In this document: one piece after another, positions 9,179 through 19,885 of the stretch
Position numbering within the stretch: the stretch's first letter is position 1
Layout of the letters: every line of letters starts with the position of its first letter
NCBI GenBank assembly: GCA_013416795.1
Contig: RQSC01000028.1
Coordinates: forward strand, 462,483-526,482
Origin: Prasinococcaceae sp. CCMP 1430
Taxonomy: Eukaryota > Plantae > Prasinodermophyta
Reading direction: 5' to 3'
DNA length: 64,000 bases
Program-made: the position numbers and the translations under genes
Notes under the pieces: generated by a model
Told to the model about the DNA's origin: nothing
Database searches by the model: none
The model's input: the letters and a program-made list of their open reading frames with translations, nothing else

Positions 9179-11271
9179 TTACTTGGCCGAAGCCCGCAGG
9201 CTGCGCAGTCTGTTGACGGCGGCGGCGAGCTCAACCCTGCGCGGACGCACGTAGTTGCCCATGAAGGATCCCGGCGCGAGGGAGTCCAGTCCCGCCGGCG
9301 TCCCGAGCGCCTCCTCAATGTGATCGAGCAGCTGCGGCAGCGTGGTCGTTCCCGCGCGCGAGAGCACCGAGCGCTGCAGCAGACACACCGCGTCGATGAC
9401 CGCGCGCGTCTGACTCTTGTCGACGAGCTGCTCCACGCCGCCCAGGTCGACCTCGAGCTCGCCGATCTGCGCGCGATCGACCGCGCGCACCGCGCACTTG
9501 GCGCTGGCGTCCGCCACCAGCGCGTCCACCCTGCGTGGCGCTCGCGGCGGGAGCGGCTGCGCGTCGAGCGCGAGCGCACCCACGCCTGTTGCGGCCGCGA
9601 AGCGCTCGACCACGTCGCGCGCCTCCGCTGTGGCGTCGTAGCACCTGAATGAGTCCATGCGCAGCGTGCAATCGGCCACCGAGAAGTACTCGCCGCAGCC
9701 ACCGATGACCATCACACACGACACGCCCGCCGCCGCGAGCGCGCGCACGCGCGCGATGAAAGGCGTGATGGGTTCACGGTCAGCGGCCACCAGCGCGGCC
9801 ATGCGCTCGTCGCGCACCATGAAGTTGGTGGCGCACGTGTCCTCATCCAGCAGCAGCAGCCGCGAGCCTGCCTCGAGCGCCTCGACGATGTTGGTGGCCT
9901 GCGAGGTCGAGCCGGAGGCGTCGCCGGTCGAAAAGTCGGCGGTGTCCTTGCCGTAGGGCAAGTTGGCGATAAAGGGCGAAATGTCTACGCCGCTGACACT
10001 GCGGCCGTCCTCTGCGCGTATCTTGGCAGCGCTGTCGGCCGTCACGACCAGCTCGCGGCCATCGCCGGGCACGTGGTCGTAGACGCCGCGCTCGATGGCC
10101 TTGAGAAGCGTGGACTTGCCGTGAAAGCCGCCGCCAACGATGAGCGACACGCCAGTCCGCACGCCCATCCCCGACACGGTGCCCGCATTGGGCAAGCTCG
10201 CTTCCACGCGCAACGCGCCGGGGCTCTCAAAGGGCACCGCCCCGCGCATGGGCTCGTCGTTGGCACCGCTCGCGCGGGGCAGCACGGCGCCGTCGGCGAC
10301 AAACGCGACCAGGCCCTGCGTGGGCAACCATTCGCGCAGCGCGCGCTGATCCTCGACAGCCGCACAGTGCGCCTCGAGGGCGTCCGCGTCCAGAGAGCCG
10401 AAGCACAACGACGTGCGGGCGATCTCTGGGAGCCACACGCAAAGCGCCTGGTGCGCTGCGCGGCCCATCACGGTGCGGCCGCGCGCGGGAAGCGCGACCG
10501 TGAAGCGGCACTCGACGCAGCCGTCCGGCAGGAGCAGAACGCTGGAGCGGTCGAGGACCTCCTGGCCGGGAGCTGCACGCGAGAGCGCGCGCGCGCGCGT
10601 GTCAGCGGGGCGCGTCTGCGCGCGCGCGCGTGCCCGCAAGCGCGCCAGCACCCAGAGCGCGCGCACGCACTGTCGATGGTCATCGCACCGCCCTTGGGTC
10701 CGCCCCACCCCCCGCCGCCACCGCTTCCGCCACCGACGTTGGCGTCCGCCCCGCAGCGAGACGCGGCATCGGCGAAGCGCCGCGTGAGGAAGTCACGCGT
10801 GGCGACGCGCCGCGCCGGTGAGCGCACCGCCCACGCGGGCAGCGCAGCGCTCTCCGGCTGCAGCAGCACGCGCGCGCGACTTGGCGGCGCGAACGCGTCG
10901 CTCTGCACGCGGTCGACGAGCAGCGAGTAGCCGCCGCACTCCCAGCGCCCGCGCAGGTCCTTGTACGCGGGATACTGGTTCCCATCGATGCGCTGCAGCG
11001 TGTGCTCGAGCGCGGCGAAGTCGCCACGGTGCTGCAGCGGCCCGTCGGGCTCGCGGCCGCCGCCGCCGCCGCCGCCGCCGCCGCGGCCTGTGCTTGTGCT
11101 CAGTGGCCTTTCCAGGTATACAGAATATTTCGTATGGCGCGCGCGGCGGCGCGAGCGAGCCCACCAAGGCGCTCTCGCACGAGCTCGCGCTGCCGAGCGC
11201 CGCCGCGGGTCCGTCCGCGGGGATGATTGGGGGGGTAGGGTACAATTTGAGGTGCGATCAATAGGGTCCAT
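9179..11271 (-). CDS. Predicted ABC-class ATPase (COG3044/PF09818-type, MRB1590-like); intron 10573-10670; start codon uncertain
   Basis: N-terminal LQRIDGNQYPAYKDL...VDRVQSDAFAPPSR; IDT|PGQEVLDRS across the intron; Walker A GGGFHGKST; STGDASGSTSQA; Walker B LLLDEDTCATNFM; C-terminal RRVELAAAVNRLRSL. Confidence 0.85.
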
Positions 11272-12031
11272 TTTATTCGAAGTTAAGTCGACTTGTCCCA
11301 ACGCCCCCAAACGCGAATCCGAATCCGGGCGGGTGGGTTGGCCGGCGAATGGGCATTGAACTGGGAACTGCGGTGCGAGCTGCGGTGCGTGCCCCTCGGT
11401 TTTTTTCGTGTCCGTTTTTGGTATTGTATTGTGTACCAAACGTCGGTGGTGCCACAGGGTGCGCCTGGCGCGTTGGGCGCCAGGCAGGTGGGAGGGGTCC
11501 GTAATTCGCGTGTCGTTGACCGCCGGAATCTCGCGGCCGGAGCGCGCTTTCGAGGCGGGCGGGCGCCGCGCCACCCTGCGCGCGCGCGGCGTCGCGCCCC
11601 ATCATCAAGAGCAAATGACGCCCGTCCCTCGCGAAACGCGCCCGCGCATTTCGTCCGGCGTCGCGCAGATCGCCGCCTCGAGTTTCGCGCGGTCATGCCG
11701 GCCGATTCATTCGTGGGGCCGACAGACGCCCGCGCGCCAACCGATCGACCGACCGACCGAGCAACTCACAAGAGCGCACGGACGGCGGTCGTCGAGCGAT
11801 CGATTTATCCATCGGTCGATCGGTCGGTCCTCGCGTGCGACGGCGGCACCCGCTTCGTCCGGCCATCGATGGATCGATCCGACCGGTCCGTCAGAATTTC
11901 GGCGGCGGCCGCCCGGCCGGCCGATGAGCGCGCGCGCAAGCCGTGATGACCGACCAGACCAGCCGCCGCTGCGTGGTGCAGGCGGCAACGAATTTGGTTG
12001 AGGGGCGGCGGCGGGAGGCGCCCCCGCGGCG

Positions 12032-14401
12032 GTGGGGGCCTTCCTGGAGTGCAGCGTGGCGCTGCCGGCGGCGCTTGCCGCGCCGATCGGGTTTCGTATG
12101 GTGCTCGTGCGCGCGGAGAGCGGCGAGGCCTATGGCGAGGATGGCGTCGAGCGCACCATCGACACGGCCGCGCGCCTCGCCGCGGGAGACCCCATGGCGC
12201 GCTTCGGGCTCCCGCACGGCGGCGAGGTCACGTACATGGTGGGATGCACGGTCGCTGCCGCGGACAATGCGTCGCTCGGCGACGCATTCACGAGTGCTGG
12301 CCCGGCGGGTGCTGGCGCGGCGGCAGGGGCTTACTGGAGCGCTGGCGTGACGCGCCAGCCCGCCGCACGGTCAGGCAGGCCGCCCACGCACGATGGACCC
12401 GCGCCGCCGCAGGCGCACAGGCTCGCCAACGAGGGCGGCATGGCGGATGGCTGGCATTCGAGGTGGCAAGCCGCCCCGGGCGGTGTCAGGCGAATCAGTA
12501 GCCTGGACGACTTGATGGCCGCAGGCTTTAGCAGCGACGACCTGCAGGCCGAGGGGGCGGACGCGGCCTACCCGCACTCCCCTGTGCACGGCAGGCGCGG
12601 TTTGCACGGCCACGCGCCGTCGACGCCGCCTGGGCCAGCCGTACGGTATGACTGCGGCATCGCCCTCGCGCCGCGCATCGCACACCAGCGCACGCCCTCG
12701 GGCGGCCGCCTGGAGCTGCCCTTGCACCACCACGCTCCCGTCGCAGGTGCGGCCGTCGCCGAGGCGGCCAGCGAGCACCATGCTGAGAACCAGTTTCGCG
12801 GCAAGCTCGCCATCGTCCTCGTCGGGCTTCCTGGCCGCGGCAAGACCTTCACGGCGCTCAAGCTGCAGCGCTACCTGCGCTGGCTGGGTCACAGCACGAA
12901 ACACTTCAACGTCGGCCAGTACCGGAGAAACATCATGGGCTCGCACCACCCCGCGGAGTTTTTCTCGCCCTTGAATCGGCTGGCAGCGGAGGCGCGAGCG
13001 GCGTGCGCTCAGGCGGCGATAGACGACATGATCAAATTTCTCGACGAGGGGGGGGATGTTGCGATCTTCGACGCGACCAACAGCACCATCGCGCGTCGCG
13101 ACATCATGATGAAGGCGACCAGGGGCAAATGCCGCTGCATTTTCCTCGAAAGCATCTGCACCGACGCCGAAATCGTGCTGAAGAACGTGCGCGAGAAGGT
13201 CGAGCTGAGTCCGGACTACAAAGACGAGCACGGCGGCACCTCCGACCAGATGGAGGCCGCCGTTTCTGATTTCCTGGAGCGCATGAGCCACTACGAGGCA
13301 GCGTACCAGACAATCGGATCGGTGGACGCCAGCGGTGTGAAGGAGGCGCCGCGCTCGTACATCAAGATGATCGATGCTGGCACCAACAGGCAGCGGATGG
13401 AGGTCTCGCGGATCTCGGGGTACCTACCGGGTCGCATCGTCACGTTTCTGGTGAACGCGCACATGCAGCCCCGGCACGTCTTCTTGTCACGGCATGGCCA
13501 GTCGATGGCCAACGTCAGCGCGCGCATCGGCGGCGACTCGCGCCTCAGCCCGCTCGGCCGGGCGTATGCGCGCAGGCTGGCGCGCTGGATGAAGAAACGC
13601 TTTGGCGGCGAAGCAGAGGGAGCGGAGGGCGTCGCAAGCGGCGACGGCGCCGCGGACTCCCCCTCGACGGCCAGCGGCAGGCCCCCGTCGGCGGCCCCGT
13701 CGCTCTCGCTCGACATGCGGCAAATGTCCATGGAGCGGGAACAGGTCGACGCGAGAAAGCTGTCTGCGCTGCAGGACCAGGACCACGCGGCGACGAGCGA
13801 CGGGTGCCTCAGCCCGGCCACGGATGGCACGCCGCAGCCGACCCCGACAGGCGGCCTGAAGCCGCGCGAGGCGTTGGGCGACAGCTCGGTGCCCGTGATG
13901 GCGCACGATGAGTTCACGCACGGCCCGTACGAGGGCATGTCCGTCTGGACGTCGACGCTCGTGCGGACCATCTCCACGGCAAAGTACGTGGATCGCCGCG
14001 TGCCGCAAGTCCGCTGGCGAGCTTTGGACGAGATCGACGCGGGCGTGTGCGATGGGCTCACGTACGATGAGATCAAGGAGCAGATGCCGGAGGAGTACCA
14101 CGCGCGAAAGCAGGACAAGATGTGCTACCGCTACCCTCGCGGAGAGTCCTACTTGGACGTCGTTCAGCGCCTCGAGCCGGTCATCATCGAGCTTGAGCGG
14201 CAGCGCACTCCGATACTCATCGTCGCCCACCAGGCTGTCCTGCGATGCCTGTACGCGTACTTCTCGGACACGCCGCTGGAGGACATGGTGTCCGACCCGA
14301 TGCCGCTGAATGTCCTCATTGAGCTGTCGCCCAGCCAGTACGGCCTGGCAGAGAAACGCCACGTGCTCATCGACGAGAGCGAGATGCAAGGAAAGGAGTG
14401 A
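12032..14401 (+). CDS. F2KP: 6-phosphofructo-2-kinase/fructose-2,6-bisphosphatase (bifunctional); start uncertain (ORF opens at a GTG, first in-frame ATG at 12098)
   Basis: Kinase P-loop LVGLPGRGKTF, FNVGQYRR and DATN. Phosphatase RHG motif (FLSRHGQS), EIDAG, RYPRGESY and IVAHQAVLR. Confidence 0.93.
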   Translation: MGAFLECSVALPAALAAPIGFRMVLVRAESGEAYGEDGVERTIDTAARLAAGDPMARFGLPHGGEVTYMVGCTVAAADNASLGDAFTSAGPAGAGAAAGAYWSAGVTRQPAARSGRPPTHDGPAPPQAHRLANEGGMADGWHSRWQAAPGGVRRISSLDDLMAAGFSSDDLQAEGADAAYPHSPVHGRRGLHGHAPSTPPGPAVRYDCGIALAPRIAHQRTPSGGRLELPLHHHAPVAGAAVAEAASEHHAENQFRGKLAIVLVGLPGRGKTFTALKLQRYLRWLGHSTKHFNVGQYRRNIMGSHHPAEFFSPLNRLAAEARAACAQAAIDDMIKFLDEGGDVAIFDATNSTIARRDIMMKATRGKCRCIFLESICTDAEIVLKNVREKVELSPDYKDEHGGTSDQMEAAVSDFLERMSHYEAAYQTIGSVDASGVKEAPRSYIKMIDAGTNRQRMEVSRISGYLPGRIVTFLVNAHMQPRHVFLSRHGQSMANVSARIGGDSRLSPLGRAYARRLARWMKKRFGGEAEGAEGVASGDGAADSPSTASGRPPSAAPSLSLDMRQMSMEREQVDARKLSALQDQDHAATSDGCLSPATDGTPQPTPTGGLKPREALGDSSVPVMAHDEFTHGPYEGMSVWTSTLVRTISTAKYVDRRVPQVRWRALDEIDAGVCDGLTYDEIKEQMPEEYHARKQDKMCYRYPRGESYLDVVQRLEPVIIELERQRTPILIVAHQAVLRCLYAYFSDTPLEDMVSDPMPLNVLIELSPSQYGLAEKRHVLIDESEMQGKE

Positions 14402-14595
14402 TGCGCCCTCCGCGCGCTCGGGGCGGCGAAGGCGCTCGCGTGCGCGCCCGCGCGTGCGCGCCCGCGCGCGCGCGTGCACTCGCGATGTAATGTCTGTTCG
14501 ATGGCCGAGTTGCACTTACTTCGGCGCGAGCGCGGGCTGTACAGGAGGGGGCGCGGCACCGGAGCCGGGTGATACTGGCGCGGTCGCGTGACAAA

Positions 14596-14835
14596 TTACT
14601 TCTTCTTCGCGCTCATGGAGTCCACCTGGTTGAGCGCCGGGCCAAGAATGTTGTACAGCACCCAGCCGACCGCCGGGCCGAGGATCAGCAGCAGGATGCC
14701 GAAACGGCCGTCCACAGCCACGTCCATCACCTCCTGCGCAGCGTCAGCGTTGCCAGCCGCGAGCAGCGCCGACAGGCCCACCGCGCCGGCGATGCCGCGC
14801 TTGCCCTTCTTCGCCTGCATGGCGTCCACCTGGTT
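14596..14835 (-). CDS. PSBY: Photosystem II PsbY polyprotein, last exon; upstream exon(s) probably in the N gap
   Basis: DGRFGILLLILGPAVGWVLYNILGPALNQVDSM is a PsbY unit. It is preceded by the tail of another unit (NQVDAM) and a lumenal signal ending A-D-A. Acceptor CTAACAG at 14836-14842. Confidence 0.85.
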   Translation of the reverse strand, partial: NQVDAMQAKKGKRGIAGAVGLSALLAAGNADAAQEVMDVAVDGRFGILLLILGPAVGWVLYNILGPALNQVDSMSAKKK

Positions 14836-15215
14836 CTGTTAGGACGCGAGAAGAGAGCAAAAGGGGGGGGGGGGCGGCGTCAGCACACGACCCGAAGAAG
14901 CGCAGCAGAGAAATGGCAGCAGCGCGCAGGGTGGTACGGGTCCAGGCAGTACCGCCATCCGCACAAGCGCCTGAAGGCAGAGCAGCAGCTCAGCCAGCCA
15001 GCGGCAAGCGCCCGCAGTGCAAGCAGCCCACTGCGGCATAGCTAGCTGCGCAGCGCAACACAGCCGCGCGGCGCGGCGTCGCGCTCCGCGCAGTCCCATG
15101 CCGCGTCGCGCAACGCAGCGCCGCCTTGCGCGGCGCCGCGCCGTGCTCCGCACGCTGGCATCGCGCGCGCGGCGCTGCCGCGCCGCATCACAGCTCGCCG
15201 CACTGCGTGGCGCGA

Positions 15216-15910
15216 NNNNNNNNNNNNNNNNNNNNNNNNNNNNNNNNNNNNNNNNNNNNNNNNNNNNNNNNNNNNNNNNNNNNNNNNNNNNNNNNNNNNN
15301 NNNNNNNNNNNNNNNNNNNNNNNNNNNNNNNNNNNNNNNNNNNNNNNNNNNNNNNNNNNNNNNNNNNNNNNNNNNNNNNNNNNNNNNNNNNNNNNNNNNN
15401 NNNNNNNNNNNNNNNNNNNNNNNNNNNNNNNNNNNNNNNNNNNNNNNNNNNNNNNNNNNNNNNNNNNNNNNNNNNNNNNNNNNNNNNNNNNNNNNNNNNN
15501 NNNNNNNNNNNNNNNNNNNNNNNNNNNNNNNNNNNNNNNNNNNNNNNNNNNNNNNNNNNNNNNNNNNNNNNNNNNNNNNNNNNNNNNNNNNNNNNNNNNN
15601 NNNNNNNNNNNNNNNNNNNNNNNNNNNNNNNNNNNNNNNNNNNNNNNNNNNNNNNNNNNNNNNNNNNNNNNNNNNNNNNNNNNNNNNNNNNNNNNNNNNN
15701 NNNNNNNNNNNNNNNNNNNNNNNNNNNNNNNNNNNNNNNNNNNNNNNNNNNNNNNNNNNNNNNNNNNNNNNNNNNNNNNNNNNNNNNNNNNNNNNNNNNN
15801 NNNNNNNNNNNNNNNNNNNNNNNNNNNNNNNNNNNNNNNNNNNNNNNNNNNNNNNNNNNNNNNNNNNNNNNNNNNNNNNNNNNNNNNNNNNNNNNNNNNN
15901 NNNNNNNNNN
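15216..15910. other. Assembly gap (695 N)
   Basis: Run of n. Confidence 0.99.
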
Positions 15911-15974
15911 GGCTGTGCGCGCGCCCGAGCGCCGCCGGCCCCACGGCCGCAATCGCGCCCGGGCGCCGCGCCAT

Positions 15975-15982
15975 TAGGGTTT
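15975..15982 (-). promoter_or_regulatory. Telo-box (AAACCCTA) followed by (AACCCC)3, upstream of PsbY
   Basis: TAGGGTTT at 15975-15982 is the reverse complement of AAACCCTA; AACCCC tandem at about 15990-16010. Confidence 0.4.
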
Positions 15983-16319
15983 AGCGCCCAACCCCAACCC
16001 CAACCCCAACCGCGAGCGCGCGCTTTGCCAGGCGCCAAGCCAAGCCGGTCGCGGACCGAGGGGGAGGAGACTCTCAATGTTTTTCAGGGGAGCCTGCGGC
16101 GGGAGGCGCGGGAGGCTCGGGGGCGCCGCGCGGGGGCGCCGCGGCCGATCTTTGGGGTTCGCAGACTCTGCGTTTGTTTGTCGCAGCACAGCTGGAATTT
16201 GTCATCGCGCGCCAACCGACGCGCAGGTGTACTGGAGTGCGCGCGATCGCGCGGCGCAGCGCACGTTTCCCGCCATTTGCGCGCGAAAGCGCGCGCCGCG
16301 CGAGCGCCGCGTGGGCTCT

Positions 16320-16368
16320 CGCATGGTACCACGGTGATGGTACAGTACCAATTGGTACGTACCATGCG
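16320..16368. repeat. Nested palindrome with five GTAC cores
   Basis: CGCATGGTAC...GTACCATGCG 10-bp inverted arms enclosing the perfect palindrome GTACCAATTGGTAC (16345-16358). Confidence 0.75.
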
Positions 16369-16667
16369 CGCGCGCGCCCCCCTTTTTTTTTTTTTTTTTG
16401 CTCTCGGGCGGGGGGAATTCGGAGTGCGCGCGCGCGGCGGGGGGCGCGGCGCAGACGACCCGCCGCGGCGACGGCGCGCGACGGCCGCCGCCGCGGGGGA
16501 AACGCCGGCAGGCGCCTGCCTCTCTAGTTGACAACAAACGTTACAGCAAAGAGTCCATGGGAAGCGCTCACTCACAACATACATCGGCGCAGCGCACGGG
16601 CGCGCGGGGGCGACCAGAGGCTGGTCCCGCGCGGCAACGAGCCAGCCCCCTAGGCGCGGTTGCGTGT

Positions 16668-17598
16668 TCACTCGAGCGTGCGGTCGAAGGCCCACGTCCC
16701 GTGGCCCTTGCCGACGCGGTCGAGCTGCGTGACCATGCGCGCCGCCTCGTCGATCGACTCGGCCTGTGGCTTGAGCAGCTCGCCCTCCAGGAAGTCGACG
16801 AGCTGACAGTCGTCGGCCTTGTCCGCGACGGCGTGCAGCTCGAGGAGCTTGTCCATGTTGAGCTTCTCGAGCGACAGGGCGAGCGACGCGGCGTGCAGCG
16901 CGTCGCCCTTCTCGGCGTTGTCGAACTCGGACGGCGGAGCTCCGAGCGGTCCGAGGATGACGCGCCCGCCGCGCATCACCTGGTACTCCATCAGCATCTC
17001 GGCGTGCTCGCGCTCCTCCGTGCTCTCCTTCTTGAAGTGCGCAGCAAGGCCGGGCAGTGCCACGTTGTCGCGCGCGAAGTACTGCGACATGGCCAGGTAC
17101 ATCACTGGCGGGCGAGGTCCGGTCGGCAAATACGCACCGCAGAAGGGACAACAGCGCAGGGGCGTCAGTCGCATGGATGAGGAACGTCAAGGGAACCGCG
17201 TGCCTGCCCGCTACATTTGCTTTCCCGCGCTATCCTAGCAGCACCCCCTCACCACCATCACACACACACGCCGCTTGCCTGCAGCGCTGCGCGCGCCGCG
17301 CTGCGTACTCGAGGCAGACATCTCGACGTTGATCTGGATGTTCAGCGCCGCCTCGCACTTGTCGTCAAACGCCTTGCGGCTGAGCGACGCCCCGCCGAGC
17401 TCGGCGGGCGGCATCGCCTTCTGGATGGCCGCCTCCGAGAACGGCGCTGCGAATTCGATGCCGCCGGCGACGAGCGAGCCCGTTGCGTCGCCCGCGGCGT
17501 CGCCCGCCTGCGCGCGCGTGCGGCGGCCGCGCAACCGCCGCCCGCCGCCGCCGCCGCGGAACCCCGCGCGCTCTCACCCGACTACCGAAGGATTCCAT
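16668..17598 (-). CDS. FER: Ferritin (plant/algal type); intron 17105-17308, probable further intron near 17508-17577; start uncertain
   Basis: [26 protein letters not shown]|[36 protein letters not shown]...LSLEK...[11 protein letters not shown]. Ferroxidase ligands (E, Y, EExxH, E, Q) are present. Confidence 0.92.
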
Positions 17599-18059
17599 TT
17601 TGTTGAGGATTCCTCTAATTTTCCTGGACGGATTCCAACTCCCGGCGCCAACCCCAAGTCCAGCCCCCGCGACCTCGGAGTCCACGTGACGTCAGGCGCA
17701 GAAAAAAGCCTCGCGTCGCGTGTGACGTGGCACCGCCGGGCGGGGGAAAAATCCTTCCCGACTGGCAACGCCGTGGCAAAACCGCCGTCAAAAAGCACGC
17801 GGAGCGAGCGCCCTTCGATCGACGCCGTCGCATGACGCTTCTTCGGCGCCCCCGCCCCCCCCCCGGCCCCTGCAGGGTCGGGTCGTCGGATTGGGGTATG
17901 TTGGTTTGAACGAGGTTCAGTTTGGTTTCTTTTGACGCATGTGCGTCTTGTCTTGGAGACCCTCTGCGCATCGCGGGTGCGTTTTGATGGCGCGCTCGCG
18001 CGCGGCCGCGCCGCGAGCCGCCGAAAGGGAAAAAGCGCGCCGGCCGCGGGGCGGCGCGN

Positions 18060-18197
18060 TGCATGCACGGCGTCGTACGCGCTGTCTCCCAGCAGAAGCA
18101 AGCGAACGAGCGCCTGCATGGTCGCGGATATGATGCGCGGACCGCCGGACGCTCCAACCACGACTTTCTTGCCGTCGGCGCGCGTGAAGACCGTGGG
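18060..18197. repeat. Exact 138-bp copy of 20123-20260 (GGT coding sequence) next to a single n; probable misassembly
   Basis: Identical from TGCATGCACGGC to GAAGACCGTGGG; begins immediately after the n at 18059. Confidence 0.85.
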
Positions 18198-18322
18198 GCC
18201 GGCTCCTGGCCGAAGACGCGCCCGAGACCGAGGCCGAGACCGCGCTCGCTCCCCGTCGCGCGCGCGGGGCGCGGCGGCGCGGCGCCGCTGGGGGGGCGTC
18301 GCGCGACGAGTGGCGCGAGCGC

Positions 18323-19834
18323 ATGGCGGCCATCTGGCGGTCGCAGGGACTGTCGGCGGAGGCCACGGAGCGGCTGGTGTACTGGGGTGAGCAGCGCGCG
18401 TCGTACCCGAACGCGCGCGTGGTCGAGCGACGCGTGACCGCGCTGCGGCGGCTGCTGCCCGGCGCGGACGTGAGCGCGATGCTCGGGCGAGCGCCCATGC
18501 TGGTCACGCTGGACGTCGAGGTGGAGGCTCCGCTGCGAGTGGAGGTCGTGCGCATCCTGCTCGGGCCGGCGGCGGCGAGCGCCGGCGGCGCCGAGGCGGT
18601 GCTCGAGCGCTATCCGCGCCTGCTCATGCTCTCGCCGTGGCGGCTCGTCGGGAAGATCGAGGCGCTGGCGGCGGCCGTGCCGGGCGTGCGCGTGGACCGT
18701 GCAATCGTGCGGCAGCCAGCGCTGCTGTACCGCAGGCCGCGCACAGTTGCCGCCACCTTCGAGCGACTCACGATGCTGCTGCGCGGCGCGGGCGCGGACG
18801 AAGTCGCTGCGCTCGCGGAGAGCTCGCCGGGGCTGCTCATGGTGCGCCCGCAGCGCCTCAGCGCGGCCATGGGCGTGCTCATGGAGACCCTCGGCGCCGA
18901 CGGCAGCGAGGCGGACGCCGCCGCGCTCGCGCGGCGCGTGGCCATGCGCAACCCCCGCGCGCTCACGCTCGCCCCGGCGACGCTGCGCTCCGCGCTGGGC
19001 GCGCTGGCAGCGGCGACGGCGCCGAAGGGAGAGCTGCGCGCCGGTCCCGGCGCGCCAGCGGAGGAGCACCAGGAGATCGTCTCGCGCGTGCTGCGGCGCG
19101 CGCCGAACCTCCTCACGCGCTCCCCGAGCGCGCTGGGCGACAACGCGCACGCGCTCGCGGCGCTCCTCCCGTCGCCTGAGACGGACCTCCCCGACGCAGC
19201 CGCCGTCTCCACGATGGTGGTGCGCCAGCCCAGCCTGCTCGGGTACAAGTCCGCGACGCTCGCGACCAAGCTCAACGCGCTGAAGGTGCTGCTGCCGTCG
19301 GCGGACGTGGGGCGCATGGTGCGCGGCGCGCCGGGCCTCATGGCGTCCAATGTGGAGCACACCCTCCCGCGCAAGATCGAGAGCCTGCACCGCGCCTTCA
19401 CACCACCACTGGAGAGCCGAGAGGAGCTCGAGGAGCTGCTCGAGTCTACGCCGAGCCTGCTCACCATGCAGCCGGAGCTGCTCGCGAGCAAGATGCAGCG
19501 GTTGCTCGAGCTTTGCCCGGACTTGGACGGATACAAGCCCACCACCATGGGCCGTTTCGTGCTCAACAGCAAGGAGCGAATCGAGCGCCTTGCCTTCGTG
19601 CAGGAGATGGTGGTTGGCGACACGAGCGATGCGGACAATGGCGGCCAGGTCGACGGTGCCGCTTCGCCGGCGAAGATACCCAAGGCCTCCACCGTGCTCA
19701 ACATGCCGCAGGCACTGTTCATGAGGCGCTACCCGGGCTACGCCGACTGGGCGCGCCAGCGGCGCGACAAGGGCATCGCCGCGAGCGGGCGGGCCCTGCG
19801 GCACAAGGGGGACGGCTCGACGCCTTCGCGCTAG
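18323..19834 (+). CDS. mTERF-like helical repeat protein, probably organellar; true 5' end probably cut by the join at 18059-18197
   Basis: Repeated units of the type xxxPxLL (ERYPRLL, RQPALL, RRAPNLL, RQPSLLGY, RGAPGLM, ESTPSLL). The frame stays open upstream with acidic sequence (LLAEDAPETEAET) to about 18200. Confidence 0.75.
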   Translation: MAAIWRSQGLSAEATERLVYWGEQRASYPNARVVERRVTALRRLLPGADVSAMLGRAPMLVTLDVEVEAPLRVEVVRILLGPAAASAGGAEAVLERYPRLLMLSPWRLVGKIEALAAAVPGVRVDRAIVRQPALLYRRPRTVAATFERLTMLLRGAGADEVAALAESSPGLLMVRPQRLSAAMGVLMETLGADGSEADAAALARRVAMRNPRALTLAPATLRSALGALAAATAPKGELRAGPGAPAEEHQEIVSRVLRRAPNLLTRSPSALGDNAHALAALLPSPETDLPDAAAVSTMVVRQPSLLGYKSATLATKLNALKVLLPSADVGRMVRGAPGLMASNVEHTLPRKIESLHRAFTPPLESREELEELLESTPSLLTMQPELLASKMQRLLELCPDLDGYKPTTMGRFVLNSKERIERLAFVQEMVVGDTSDADNGGQVDGAASPAKIPKASTVLNMPQALFMRRYPGYADWARQRRDKGIAASGRALRHKGDGSTPSR

Positions 19835-19885
19835 CGCAGGCCTGTTGTAACATACGACACAACAATCTCTGTTTCAATGACGGCA

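Noticed and set aside
15975-16010. Interstitial telomere or chromosome-fusion scar
   Set aside because: Too short and heterogeneous (about one TTTAGGG-type unit plus three AACCCC); kept only as a possible telo-box.
15017-16531. Long ORFs spanning the N gaps (also 61631-63186)
   Set aside because: Length is produced by X residues read through the gaps.
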